The notes beneath the pieces were generated by a model. That model was not told the DNA's origin, ran no database searches, and was given only the letters and a program-made list of their open reading frames with translations. This document shows, piece after piece, positions 10,184-19,997 of a DNA stretch of 64,000 nt. Each line of letters begins with the position of its first letter. The first letter of the stretch is position 1. The DNA lies in NCBI GenBank assembly GCA_021325025.1, contig JAJPHZ010000019.1, positions 72,862-136,861 on the forward strand. Reading direction: 5' to 3'. Source of the DNA: Pseudomonadota bacterium (GTDB taxonomy: Bacteria > Desulfobacterota > Binatia > Binatales > Binataceae). The position numbers were made by a program, and so were the translations under genes.

Positions 10184-11671
10184 TTATCTCAGCAGCTCGC
10201 GGTAGCGCGGGGGAATAAGCTGGCGTTCGTCGGGCTCCGCCGCGACGCGCTCTTCTTTAAGCGGCAGGTTGGCGTAGGGCACGGTTGCCGACGGACGGTC
10301 CTTGTCGATCACGGATTTGCCTGCGCCGGCGCTGATAAGCGCGGGCGGGATGCGGAACAACACGTAGCGCGCATTCTTGACGTCCAGCGGTACACCATGT
10401 TCGCCGGCCTTGTAGAACCTTTCAAAATTTCCCGGTTGAGGAAACTGCCCCAGATGGGTATCGCCCTGGGAGGAACCGTAGTCCTTGCGCGGCTGGCCGG
10501 GCTGCTCGTGCTGCAGCTTGCCCTGCTCCTGATTGTGTTGCGCACCGGGTTTGGGCTGATTGGGATTGGGCAGATTGCCGTTGCCTTCGAGCCGGGCAAG
10601 GTCGGGCTGTTCACCGGGGCGCGGTTCTCTGGCCTTGAGGCCGCTTTTCTGCTGCTGTCCCGATTTCAGCCTGGCTTCGGCTTCCAATCGCGCCTGCAAC
10701 TTTGAAATGTCCTGGCGCGCTTGCGCTAACTGCACCTCGCCGGTGCCGGACTTGCCGCTATCCTCACCGCTTGCCTTGCCGCCGCCCTTCCCTTGGCCTG
10801 CTCCGGCCCCTTCTCTGCCCTGCCCGGCCGCCTCTCTGGCTTCGCCGCTGCCCTGCCCGTGATTCCCTTTTCCGTTGGCCTTGCCGGTGGACTCGCCCTT
10901 GCCCGCCTGCGTCGGCTGCTGCTGATGGCGCTCCTGCTGAGCCTTCAATTCCTGCTCGACACGGGCGAGCTGCTCCGCCTTGGTCAGGGGCGGCACTTTG
11001 GGATTTTCCAAAGCGTCGGCGGCAGCGCGCAGATGGGCTGCCAGTTGCTGAGTCTGATGGTCTGCCGGGCTTGAGGCGGCAATCTCACGAGCGATTTTGC
11101 GCAACTGACGCGCCTCGGCTGCGAAGGGCGGCTTGTTCGCCGCCAGCAGCACGGACATCGCAGCGATCAGCAAACCGACCGTCGACGCGGTCAGCAAGGC
11201 GGCTTGCCGCAATGTTCGCCGCAAATCGAAGGGAAAATTACGTGCCGGGTCGAGCCGATCCAAATGCTGGGCGGCGCGCCGCCACAGCACCGGAAACAAT
11301 GGGCTGCGCTCCGGGGCCTCAGCCAGCGCGGCCAGCGTCAGCACCTCCTGGTGACATCCGAGGCGGCGGTCGATCAGCTCGGCGGCCACGATCGGGTCGC
11401 TGCTGCGTCGAAAGAACCATAGCCCTGCCGCGACCGCAGCCGCCAGGCCGATGACCGCGGTCCACAACAGCACCATTTGCACGACCGCCAGCGTATCGGG
11501 CGCGAGCGCAAAGCCCAACCGCTTCCACGACTGCTCGCCCAACGCGCGGACAAATATGGCCGCCGTGGTCAGCACAATCAGGGCGGGCAGCGCCGCGGCC
11601 AGCGTCTGCATGGCGGCCAGCCGGGCCAGCCGGTCCCTGACGGTGTGGATCGCTTTGACGGGATCGGTCAC
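10184..11671 (-). CDS. membrane protein with a long Gly/Gln/Lys-rich low-complexity region (first gene of the MoxR/Bat operon)
   Basis: 495-aa ORF with N-terminal hydrophobic helices and a central QQERHQQQPTQAGKGESTGKANGKGNHGQGSGE... low-complexity stretch. GTG start at 11671 overlaps the mltG stop in GTGA. Confidence 0.55.
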   Translation of the reverse strand: MTDPVKAIHTVRDRLARLAAMQTLAAALPALIVLTTAAIFVRALGEQSWKRLGFALAPDTLAVVQMVLLWTAVIGLAAAVAAGLWFFRRSSDPIVAAELIDRRLGCHQEVLTLAALAEAPERSPLFPVLWRRAAQHLDRLDPARNFPFDLRRTLRQAALLTASTVGLLIAAMSVLLAANKPPFAAEARQLRKIAREIAASSPADHQTQQLAAHLRAAADALENPKVPPLTKAEQLARVEQELKAQQERHQQQPTQAGKGESTGKANGKGNHGQGSGEAREAAGQGREGAGAGQGKGGGKASGEDSGKSGTGEVQLAQARQDISKLQARLEAEARLKSGQQQKSGLKAREPRPGEQPDLARLEGNGNLPNPNQPKPGAQHNQEQGKLQHEQPGQPRKDYGSSQGDTHLGQFPQPGNFERFYKAGEHGVPLDVKNARYVLFRIPPALISAGAGKSVIDKDRPSATVPYANLPLKEERVAAEPDERQLIPPRYRELLR

Positions 11672-12732
11672 TTGGAGGCGTTCCTGCTGCCGGCAGCGAT
11701 AGTGTCGGGCATACCCATATCGCCGGCGCCGGCGAAATTCACCTCGCGGAGACTGGCGATGGCACGATCATGCTCTTTTAACGTGCGGGAGAATATATGG
11801 GAGCCGTCCTTGCGCGCGACAAAGTATAGGTAGTCGGTGTGCGCCGGATAAAGAGCCGCATGGATGGAAGCCCAACCCGGATTGGCAATCGGCCCGGGCG
11901 GCAGGCCAGCGAAATTATAAGTGTTGAACGCCGACCCACTATGCACCGCCTGCGCGGCGTGCCCGGTGATCCCGTCGAAGCTGTACTGCGCCGTGGGATC
12001 CGATTGCAGTGGCATGTGCAGGCGCAGGCGGTTATAGAAGACGCTGGCGATCAAGGGACGTTCGGCGGGCAGCCGGGCCTCCTTTTCGATCATCGACGCC
12101 AGCGTCACCAGTTCGCGCATGCTCAGACCCATCTGGAAGGCCCGCTCCTCGACTTGCGGCGAAATCTGCTCGAAAAATCGCTCCAGTAGGGTGGCAAGAA
12201 TCTCTTCGGGGGCAGCGGAAGGCGCAAACCGATAGGTGGCGGGAAACAGATATCCCTCGACACCGGGCGGCACGAGTCCCAGTTTTTCGGGCAGCGGCGA
12301 GCTACGCGCAGCCTGCACGAACTTCCAATCGCACACCAACCGCGCCTCCTCCAGGCGCTGACCGATCTGGCGCACCGTAGAGCCTTCGGGAATCGTGACC
12401 GTAATGACGATCGACTCGCCGCGCACCAGATGGCCCAGCACCTGCGCGATGGTCTCGCCGCCGGTGAATCGGTAGTCGCCGGGTTGCACCCGATTGGCGG
12501 CGCCGGTCAGCCGCGCATAGAGGCTAAGGGCAAGCCCGCTGCGAACCACGCCATTGCGCTGCAAGGCGGCCGCGATGGAGCGTAGATGCTCGCCGTGCTT
12601 GATTTCGACCACGCGTGGCGCTTCCAGGACCGGCGCGGGCATGAACAAGAAGTACCAGGCGGCGGCGCCGCCCACCACTATCAGGACTGCAATCGCGCTT
12701 ATCAGCTTCCTAACCATCCGGCCGCTAGTCAC
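11668..12732 (-). CDS. mltG: endolytic murein transglycosylase MltG (YceG-like)
   Basis: N-terminal TM segment and YceG-like conserved regions (PGDYRFTGGETIAQVL, YNTYNFAGLPPGPIANPG). Paired with ruvX upstream as in many bacteria. Confidence 0.8.
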   Translation of the reverse strand: MTSGRMVRKLISAIAVLIVVGGAAAWYFLFMPAPVLEAPRVVEIKHGEHLRSIAAALQRNGVVRSGLALSLYARLTGAANRVQPGDYRFTGGETIAQVLGHLVRGESIVITVTIPEGSTVRQIGQRLEEARLVCDWKFVQAARSSPLPEKLGLVPPGVEGYLFPATYRFAPSAAPEEILATLLERFFEQISPQVEERAFQMGLSMRELVTLASMIEKEARLPAERPLIASVFYNRLRLHMPLQSDPTAQYSFDGITGHAAQAVHSGSAFNTYNFAGLPPGPIANPGWASIHAALYPAHTDYLYFVARKDGSHIFSRTLKEHDRAIASLREVNFAGAGDMGMPDTIAAGSRNASK

Positions 12733-12797
12733 CAGGCCTCACGTTAAGTTTCTTTGGCGATCCGATGGATTCTGCGAGCGGCGCACGGGCGATTGCG

Positions 12798-13232
12798 TTA
12801 CAAACTCGCCTTTCCGGCCCCGTGTTCGGCCAGCCAGCCCTCGAGAATCAGTGCCGCCGCCACCTGATCCACCATCATTTTACGTGAGTTGCGCGGCAAC
12901 GGTGAGTCTTTAAGGCGGGCTTCGGCCTCGAAGCTGGTCAGCCGTTCGTCGTACAAGTCCACCGGAACAGCCAGCTCCTGCCTGAGGCGGGCGGCGAAGG
13001 CGCGCGCCCCACGTGCGGCAGGCCCCTCCGACCCATCCATGTTAAGCGGCAAGCCTAATACAATTCGGCTCACCTGCCGGTCGGCCACGATGGCGCGCAG
13101 CAGTTCAAGGTCGCGGGGCCAGGAACGCCTGATTAGGGTGGTAAGGGGCCGCGCGCCCAAAGCGGTCACGTCGGCAATGGCGACACCGATTCGGCGCTTG
13201 CCCAGATCCAATCCAAGGATGCTCATCCGCAC
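12798..13232 (-). CDS. ruvX: Holliday-junction resolvase-like RuvX/YqgF
   Basis: MRMSILGLDLGKRRIGVAIAD... is the classic YqgF N-terminus. Confidence 0.8.
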   Translation of the reverse strand: MRMSILGLDLGKRRIGVAIADVTALGARPLTTLIRRSWPRDLELLRAIVADRQVSRIVLGLPLNMDGSEGPAARGARAFAARLRQELAVPVDLYDERLTSFEAEARLKDSPLPRNSRKMMVDQVAAALILEGWLAEHGAGKASL

Positions 13233-13353
13233 ATTGAGACTAGCAAGCCCGCGCCGGAACCAACAAGCCTGTTAGCAAACACCGTTTTTCATGCCGTAAA
13301 AATTTCGAAAAAGGCTTGCGCCAGCCGAGGATCTTCAGACAAAATCGGGCGCG

Positions 13354-14961
13354 ATGACCGGGCTAGCAACATCCGCCCTCGTCAACCGTCTCGGTGTTAC
13401 GGTCGCGGCATTCAGCGCGCTGTTGGGCGCGCTGGGTGCCTTTTACGCCTCAGAGCGTATCGGGCGCAATTCCACCACAGCCAAAGCGGATATCGTAATC
13501 TCCGCAAGGCCCCGTCAACCGGCCTCAAGTGTTGCTGGAATCGAGGCAGGTAGAGCTGCCCCTGCCTACGACAACGTCGCCGAGCCGCGGCTCGAACCAG
13601 CGGTAGCGCCGCGCCTTCAGCGCTTCATGCTTGACCGGGCGGTCAGCATCGCCGGGCTCTTGCGCGAGGTCGGCGTCGACGCTGGCGAGCGCGGCGCATG
13701 GGCGGAAGCGTTTCGCTCCTCGGCCCATTGGGGAATTCTGAACCCGGGCCATCAGGTTTCCGTGTTCCGCGACCCGCGCACCGGGCGGGTGCAGGCGGTG
13801 GAGTACGACTTGGATACCGATTCGGTAATCAGGGCGGAAAGTATCGGTGGCGGCGTGGTACTGGCGACCCGTCAGCCGCTTAGCTATGTGCCGCAGACGG
13901 TGGCGTACAGCCTGTCGCTGGCGCAGGGGCTGGAGGTGGCGGCGGCGCGCAGGCATCTGCCCAGCACTGTAGTGGAACAGATCAAGTCGGCCTTTGCCAC
14001 GCGGCTGCCCAATTTGGAGCGGGGCGGCACGCTTAAGCTGGTTTACAAAGAACTGGTCACTCCCGACGGACTGCATCATCGCAATCAGGACCTACAGGCG
14101 TGCAAGATCCAGAACGGGCGGCGCACTTACTGTGCTTTTTCCTTCAACGACGGCCACGGCCGCGAGCATCTTTACGATGAGCACGGCAGGCCGCTGGAGC
14201 CGCAGTTCCTGCGCTTCCCGGTTAATTTTCAGTACATCTCCTCCTCCTTTTCGCCCTCGCGCTATCATCCGATATTGCATCGCTACCGGGCGCATGTCGG
14301 GATCGACCTGGCGGCGCGCTATGGGACGCCGGTCAGGGCGGTGAGCGACGGGCGGGTTCAGTTTGCCGATTGGGAAGGCGAATTGGGCCGCTGTATCCGC
14401 ATCCAGCATGACAATGCGCTGGTCAGCGTCTATGCGCATCTGTCGGCGATCAGTCCGGAGGTGACGCCCGGGGCGCCGGTGCGCATCGGCCAGATTATCG
14501 GCTATGTCGGCAGCAGCGGGCTGTCCACCGGACCCCATTTACACTACGCGCTGTACAGGGACGGGCGGTTTCTGGACCCGCTGAGGGTGAACCTCGACGA
14601 GGGTGGCGGCGCGATCGATAGCGAGCGGCGGCCCCTATTCGAACGGTTCAAGCAGGAATTCGAAAAGGTGTTCGCCCGGCTGCATCCCGGTGTGGCCAAC
14701 GCCGCCGTCATCGACCCGGTGCTCAATCGCCTGGAGGCGTTCAACGCCGACGCCCAACCGCCGGTGTCATTTTCGCTGCCCGCTTCAGGACTATCGATGC
14801 CGGGCTCGCTGACCGCGCCGTCGCGCAGCCGCGCATCGCGCCGCCATGAAGTCCATCTGACGCGCGGGGGCGTCCTGCGCGAACAGCGCCCGCGCGCCAA
14901 CCCTGACGCCGCGCTGGACCGGTTGATCAACGGCGGTCTGCTCGGCGATCCATCGATGTGA
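13354..14961 (+). CDS. M23-family metallopeptidase (LytM/lysostaphin-like)
   Basis: C-terminal HVGIDLAARYGTPVRAVSDGRV...GSSGLSTGPHLHYAL contains the HxxxD and HxH M23 motifs. Confidence 0.8.
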   Translation: MTGLATSALVNRLGVTVAAFSALLGALGAFYASERIGRNSTTAKADIVISARPRQPASSVAGIEAGRAAPAYDNVAEPRLEPAVAPRLQRFMLDRAVSIAGLLREVGVDAGERGAWAEAFRSSAHWGILNPGHQVSVFRDPRTGRVQAVEYDLDTDSVIRAESIGGGVVLATRQPLSYVPQTVAYSLSLAQGLEVAAARRHLPSTVVEQIKSAFATRLPNLERGGTLKLVYKELVTPDGLHHRNQDLQACKIQNGRRTYCAFSFNDGHGREHLYDEHGRPLEPQFLRFPVNFQYISSSFSPSRYHPILHRYRAHVGIDLAARYGTPVRAVSDGRVQFADWEGELGRCIRIQHDNALVSVYAHLSAISPEVTPGAPVRIGQIIGYVGSSGLSTGPHLHYALYRDGRFLDPLRVNLDEGGGAIDSERRPLFERFKQEFEKVFARLHPGVANAAVIDPVLNRLEAFNADAQPPVSFSLPASGLSMPGSLTAPSRSRASRRHEVHLTRGGVLREQRPRANPDAALDRLINGGLLGDPSM

Positions 14962-15058
14962 AGCCGGCGCCCGCCACGGTCGCGTCGCGGCGGGCGGGGA
15001 CAGCTTTAATTTCAAGACGCGGCATCATAACATCAAGGCTGCAACGTAAATACCGAAG

Positions 15059-15856
15059 ATGCGCAGCGGCCTTAGGACCGACTTTTTCGCCCCGCCGGGA
15101 CCCCGGCTGATCGCCCATCGGGGCGGCGCGGGGGTGCGGCCGGAAAATACGCTGGAAGCATTCAGCGCCGCTTATCGCGAGGGTATCCGCTATTTCGAAC
15201 TGGACGTTCACACCAGCCGCGACGGGGTGCTGGTGGTGTGTCATGACGACGACCTGCGGCGCACGACCGATTCAACCGGCGCAATCCGCGAGCTCAACTA
15301 CACCGAGATTACGCGCGCTGACGCCGGGTATCGGTTCCAGGCCGATGGCGGATATCCGTTCCGCGGCGCCGGGTTGCGGGTTCCCCGGCTGCTCGACGTC
15401 CTGACGCTGTTTGACGACGCGTTCTTCGTGATCGAGATAAAGCAGGTTGCTCCGAGCCTGGCCGCGGCGCTCAATCAGGTGCTGACCGCTACCGGCACGC
15501 GCCGGCGCGTCCTAATCGCGTCGGAGCATCAGCGGCCGCTGGACGAAATCCGCGCGCTAGCGCCCGAATTGCCCACCAGTTTTTCAGGCCGCGAAATCGT
15601 GGGATTCTTTGCCGCGATGATGGGTGCGATGGCCGGCTATCGCATTCCCGCCGACGCGCTGCAAATCCCGCCCGCCCATGAATCGATGCAGTTGGCGACG
15701 TCCGCCAGCGTATCGGCGGCCCACGACCTGGGCCTGGAGATGCACGCCTGGACCATCAACGAGGAGTCCGAGATGCGCGCCCTGCTCGAACTCGGCACCG
15801 ACGGCATCATCACCGACTACCCCAGCCGGCTGCGCGCAATCATCGCACCAAGCTGA
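15059..15856 (+). CDS. glycerophosphodiester phosphodiesterase family protein
   Basis: LIAHRGGAGVRPENTLEAFSAAYREGIRYFELDVHTSRDGVLVVCHDDDL matches the GDPD HR(G)..E.D motifs. Confidence 0.8.
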   Translation: MRSGLRTDFFAPPGPRLIAHRGGAGVRPENTLEAFSAAYREGIRYFELDVHTSRDGVLVVCHDDDLRRTTDSTGAIRELNYTEITRADAGYRFQADGGYPFRGAGLRVPRLLDVLTLFDDAFFVIEIKQVAPSLAAALNQVLTATGTRRRVLIASEHQRPLDEIRALAPELPTSFSGREIVGFFAAMMGAMAGYRIPADALQIPPAHESMQLATSASVSAAHDLGLEMHAWTINEESEMRALLELGTDGIITDYPSRLRAIIAPS

Positions 15857-16262
15857 GTAAGCTCCGCCTATGAAGGTGGTAAGGAGCAAGTCACACTTCC
15901 TGTCCGATGTTGGCTGACTCCCTCCACCGACCCGGCCAGCATCGCCAGCTAACGCAGTTGCCCCAAGGCGTCGCCAGCTTTGGGTTCTCGACCTCGGACA
16001 AACGCCCACGTGCTGCGTTACTCATCTCCAATCCTTTGCGATCGCGGGCATGATCGATTCGGCCCCGGCTTCAATTGTACAAGAGTTATTAATTAATTTG
16101 TCGCACAACTGGCTGAATGCGCGGGCGGTGAACACGCGGGGCTCTTCAATTGAAGCCCCGCCACTTACTGTGCCCAAGGATTTCCGTCAAGGTCGCCAAA
16201 GGCGCACGCTTTCGCCACTGCATTATGGGGGGGCCGATTCGAGTTTGTGGCGCAAAGCAGAC

Positions 16263-16796
16263 TCACGTGTGTCGGTAGGCACGCTCAACGGCTTTCACGA
16301 TGTAGTCGTTAGCTTCTCCGAGCTCCATCCATCGGGAGACTCTGACCCACTTGCCTTCTTCCAAGTCTTTGTAGTGCGAAAAGAAATGTGCGATCTGTTC
16401 GTGCAAAATGGTCGGCAGGTCGTCGAGGCTGCGAACGTTGATATAATAAGGATTTAGCCTATCGATCGGCACGGCGATGATTTTTTCATCGGGGCCGCGC
16501 TCGTCAGCCATGACGAGGCCGCCGATTGGACGGCATCGTACTACCGCCAGCGGCACGACGGGCACTTGAGAGATGACGAGGATGTCGCAGGGATCGCCAT
16601 CTTCGCACAGCGTCTGCGGTATGAAGCCATAATTGGTCGGATAAATCATCGGTGTATGCAAGAAGCGGTCGACGAACAGTGCGCCTGAGTTCTTGTCGAT
16701 CTCGTATTTAATTGGAACACTTCCTTGAGGTATCTCAATTACGGCATTGATTTCAAAAGGCGGATTATCTCCTGCAGAAATCTTATTCAAGTCCAT
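16263..16796 (-). CDS. ppa: inorganic pyrophosphatase
   Basis: Family-I PPase sequence (DNPPFEINAVIEIPQGS..KYE.DK, DGDPCDILV). GGGAGGAG SD lies 6 nt before the ATG at 16796. The listed ORF starts at a TTG two codons earlier. Confidence 0.9.
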   Translation of the reverse strand: MDLNKISAGDNPPFEINAVIEIPQGSVPIKYEIDKNSGALFVDRFLHTPMIYPTNYGFIPQTLCEDGDPCDILVISQVPVVPLAVVRCRPIGGLVMADERGPDEKIIAVPIDRLNPYYINVRSLDDLPTILHEQIAHFFSHYKDLEEGKWVRVSRWMELGEANDYIVKAVERAYRHT

Positions 16797-17036
16797 GTCC
16801 AACTCCTCCCTGGGGTTGCGTTCTCTGACTTTATAGGGTTCGGTTTACAGACCCATACCGGCAAGCACTTATAGGAGGGCCGACTATATTCGGTCGACCG
16901 GTAGGAAGCTGTCCTCCAATGCGGCCGAAGGCCTCGCTGTGTGGGTTCGTCGGATACTCAGTCGAAACATGGCTTTTCCGGTTTGGCATCTCTTCGGTGC
17001 AACCGCAGCTCTTCAGGCAAGCGGCAAAGCTGGATG

Positions 17037-17735
17037 TCACTTTGAAAGGCTGCCGGTTTTCAACACCACTTCCAGATCATTGGTTATACTTGAAGGCAGA
17101 CCCATGCTGTGGAGTTTCGCTATGGTGCTTTCAAATGGATATTCGAACGAACGTAATTCGATTTTACCGTCTATCCAAAGCGCGTAACGGGCCCTTGGAT
17201 CGCCCATCTTGGGCTGCCCGAGGCTTCCAGGGTTGACCAGCGTCCAGCCGCCGAAATCACGCAGGAATTGTTGATGCGTGTGTCCAACGAGGACTGCGTG
17301 AGCGCCGGAGAAGATTTCCTCGTCGAACTCCCACGCTGCCGAGTCCACAGTACGATATTCGAACAGCGGGTCAGAGGGAGTTGCGTGGCACAGGAAAAAG
17401 ACCGTCCCTCCGACCTCGCGGCACATTGTGGATGGCAGGTCGCGCAGAAAGCGCTTTTGGCTGCGATTGAGCACACGCACCGTAAATCGCTGCGTAGCTT
17501 CGGCCATGGGCAGGAAACGCGCCGAGCACCGGGGCTTTTGATCGTTTCCCACGGCGTAGTCATGGTTGCCCTGAATTGTTAGCGTGGCCTGAGAACGAAT
17601 GTAATCAACGACCTCGGCAGGATTCGGACCATAGTTAACGAGATCTCCCAGGACCCAAAGCTCATCATAATCCTTGGGCATCGCTTGTAGAGCTTCAAGA
17701 TTAGCATGAACATCTGAAATCAGTGCAATTCTCAT
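17037..17735 (-). CDS. metallophosphoesterase (calcineurin-like, YfcE/MJ0936-type)
   Basis: MRIALISDVHANLEAL...VLGDLVNYGPNP...GNHDY carries the D-x-H / GD / GNH(D/E) motifs. Start taken at the internal ATG at 17735. Confidence 0.75.
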   Translation of the reverse strand: MRIALISDVHANLEALQAMPKDYDELWVLGDLVNYGPNPAEVVDYIRSQATLTIQGNHDYAVGNDQKPRCSARFLPMAEATQRFTVRVLNRSQKRFLRDLPSTMCREVGGTVFFLCHATPSDPLFEYRTVDSAAWEFDEEIFSGAHAVLVGHTHQQFLRDFGGWTLVNPGSLGQPKMGDPRARYALWIDGKIELRSFEYPFESTIAKLHSMGLPSSITNDLEVVLKTGSLSK

Positions 17736-18136
17736 TTTAAACTGGTCGTAGGCTGAGACTATGGCTGGACGCGAGATGTCTGGAGCGCCGCAGCTGCGGT
17801 TGTGGGTGCGAGTGTTTGGCAGGATTTTGCGCCAGAGCTTGCGCTCGAAGCGCAAAGACTTTATCGAAAGGCCAAGACGATTCTTTGAGAGCGCGTACCG
17901 GCTCGGTATGACTACAGCAGCGGTGAAACAAGGCCGAACCTCCGACGGGTCCTGAGTCGAACGGGTGATCTAGGATGAAGAACGTCCGCTTAAGTTGTCA
18001 CCCGCAGCAGGAGTCATCGGCCTTCCCAGGCAGTTGTGGCGGACTCCACCACCGGTTTAATGGTAACCTAGTTCATTACGCGTGCCAAGTAATTTGGCGC
18101 GCTACTTTGTTTAAAGCCTGTTTGGGAGGTTCAAGC

Positions 18137-18420
18137 ATGAAAATTCGCAGACTTACACTCGATGTGGACAAAGCCCTGTCGCAGCCTTCGTTGTTGATAT
18201 CGCCGAAGCCATCGACAAGGTTCGCGGCGTCAAGGGATTCAACATATCGGTTTCGGAGATCGATTTGGAAACGGTCGGTACGAACATCACCGTTGAGGGG
18301 GACGATGTCGATCATCGTGCGCTCCTGAAGGCGATTGAAGCGACAGGAGCAATGGTCCATTCCGTGGACGAGATTGCGGCCGGTGAACAGTTGGTGGAGC
18401 GGATTGAGCGGGCACGATGA
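18137..18420 (+). pseudogene. DUF211 (COG1888, archaeal-type) protein gene interrupted by a frameshift
   Basis: ATG at 18137 gives MKIRRLTLDVDKALSQPS. The remainder (VVDIAEAIDKVRGVKGFNISVSEIDLETVGTNITVEGDDVDHRALLKAIEATGAMVHSVDEIAAGEQLVERIERAR*) is in the -1 frame from about 18188 onward. Expected tcg-gtt-gtt, observed tcg-ttg-ttg, consistent with a 1-bp deletion. Confidence 0.55.
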
Positions 18421-18944
18421 GTTCCTCCCAGTCGCTGTTCAACGTAGCACTCGGTCTTATCGACGGACTGCTCACCGCTTTGGTGCTGACCGCGGGCGTA
18501 CTGTTGCATGGGACGGCCAAGGTTGGAATGGATCAGGCCGTGCGCGTCTCCCTCGCCGCCGGCCTCTCGGGCCTCTTTACGGTGTTCGTCAGCGACTACG
18601 CACGGTTGCGTGGAGAGTTAAGCCACGCGGCGCGGGAGCTCAATTTAGTCTCGGTCAGACCGCTTCTGGCCAGCAGACTCAGCGGCAAGGTGCGTAGGCA
18701 GGCTGCACTGGACGCCTTGACCACTACGGCCTGCAGCTTTGTGGGCGCGATGATTCCGTTGGCCGCGGCAGCCATCTGGCCCGTATCTTCGGCCGCATTT
18801 ATCGCGGCCTCGATCGCCCTGGTGTCGATCGGCTTCGTCCTGGGCCGGGTGGTTGGAGGACCTGCACTGCTTTGGGCAGCTCTTTTGCTCGTAGGCGGCT
18901 CAGCCATCGCCGTTGCCGGCGTTTGGTTGGACGTGGTCGGTTGA
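18417..18944 (+). CDS. hypothetical integral membrane protein (4-5 predicted TM helices), translationally coupled to the DUF211 gene
   Basis: 175-aa hydrophobic ORF. Its ATG at 18417 overlaps the DUF211 stop in ATGA. Confidence 0.55.
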   Translation: MSSSQSLFNVALGLIDGLLTALVLTAGVLLHGTAKVGMDQAVRVSLAAGLSGLFTVFVSDYARLRGELSHAARELNLVSVRPLLASRLSGKVRRQAALDALTTTACSFVGAMIPLAAAAIWPVSSAAFIAASIALVSIGFVLGRVVGGPALLWAALLLVGGSAIAVAGVWLDVVG

Positions 18945-19355
18945 AAGCGAAAGCGGCGGTCGGTCAGGAAGTGCAACTGGGCGACGAATGCTTAGGTTCA
19001 CGACCAATCCGACATGGGAGCCGTCGCTAAATTCGCTAGGTGCCCAAGCTCGGTGCCAAGGTGGTTCGGTTAGGATATCATGGCTAGGATCTGAATCTGT
19101 TTCCGAAGCTCGGCGACCTGCCCGAAAGGGAAACGGTAGGAGCGCCCTCCGGCACAATTAAAAATCCGCCTTGCTGCCGATGTGTTTACCACCGTAAAGG
19201 GTGTTGGTCGCACGGTCCGCCGCGAAACATTCTCGCCTCGAGGCTAGCTGACGTGCAGATGCACATCGTGTAAGATGGTTGCCAGGCGGTGGAGTTCGCT
19301 TGAGCCGTCAGCTCCCTCCAAAACGGGTCTGACCAATGACTCCTACGGCGGTACG

Positions 19356-19997
19356 ATGGCACGTAGGAGTTTTCTTCGTCGCGATAAGCGCAGGCATGGA
19401 AGGGTTGAGGCCCCGGCTTGTGGGTATCACGGGGGGAAGCGGATCCCCCTACTTCACGTCCGCCCGCTCTCGCAAATCTTTCATCTTCATTCACCCTGGT
19501 CGATTCTGGACTGTCAAACCACCGGTGTCGATGGCGGTTTGCGTCTTATCGAGATCGCCATTATTGATCATGACGGTCGCATCCTCATCGAAACACTTGT
19601 GAATCCGGGTGTTCGTATTCCCGCAAGCGCCATCGCATTGACCGGGATCGATGAGGCCGCAGTGACCCGGGCGCCCTCCTGGAAGGCGATTTGGCCGAAG
19701 CTTGAAGGCCTGCTCCTCGCCCAACATCACGTGATCGCGTGGAGCGCGGATTTTGATCTGCGTGCGTTGCGTGGTGAGTGCGGTCGATGCGATGGCGTTG
19801 CGTGGACCACCGCAATCGATGCCCGCTTCGTCGACCTCGCGCCAATAATCTCTACGCTTGCGGGGCGTGAGTGTTCTTTCGAAGACGCCTGTGACCTCGC
19901 CTCCATCCCTCCGCCGAAGGTTGGTCAGCAGCGAGCACTCAGCTACTGCCGAGCCACACTCAGGATCATTCACGCCCTGCGCAATGAAGCAACATGA
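19356..19997 (+). CDS. DnaQ-like (DEDDh) 3'-5' exonuclease-fold protein, apparently catalytically degenerate
   Basis: ILDCQTTGVDGG (Exo I-like), HVIAWSADFDL (Exo II-like) and QQRALSYCRAT (Exo III-like). The start is uncertain: ATG at 19356 or further upstream at 19275. Confidence 0.5.
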   Translation: MARRSFLRRDKRRHGRVEAPACGYHGGKRIPLLHVRPLSQIFHLHSPWSILDCQTTGVDGGLRLIEIAIIDHDGRILIETLVNPGVRIPASAIALTGIDEAAVTRAPSWKAIWPKLEGLLLAQHHVIAWSADFDLRALRGECGRCDGVAWTTAIDARFVDLAPIISTLAGRECSFEDACDLASIPPPKVGQQRALSYCRATLRIIHALRNEAT

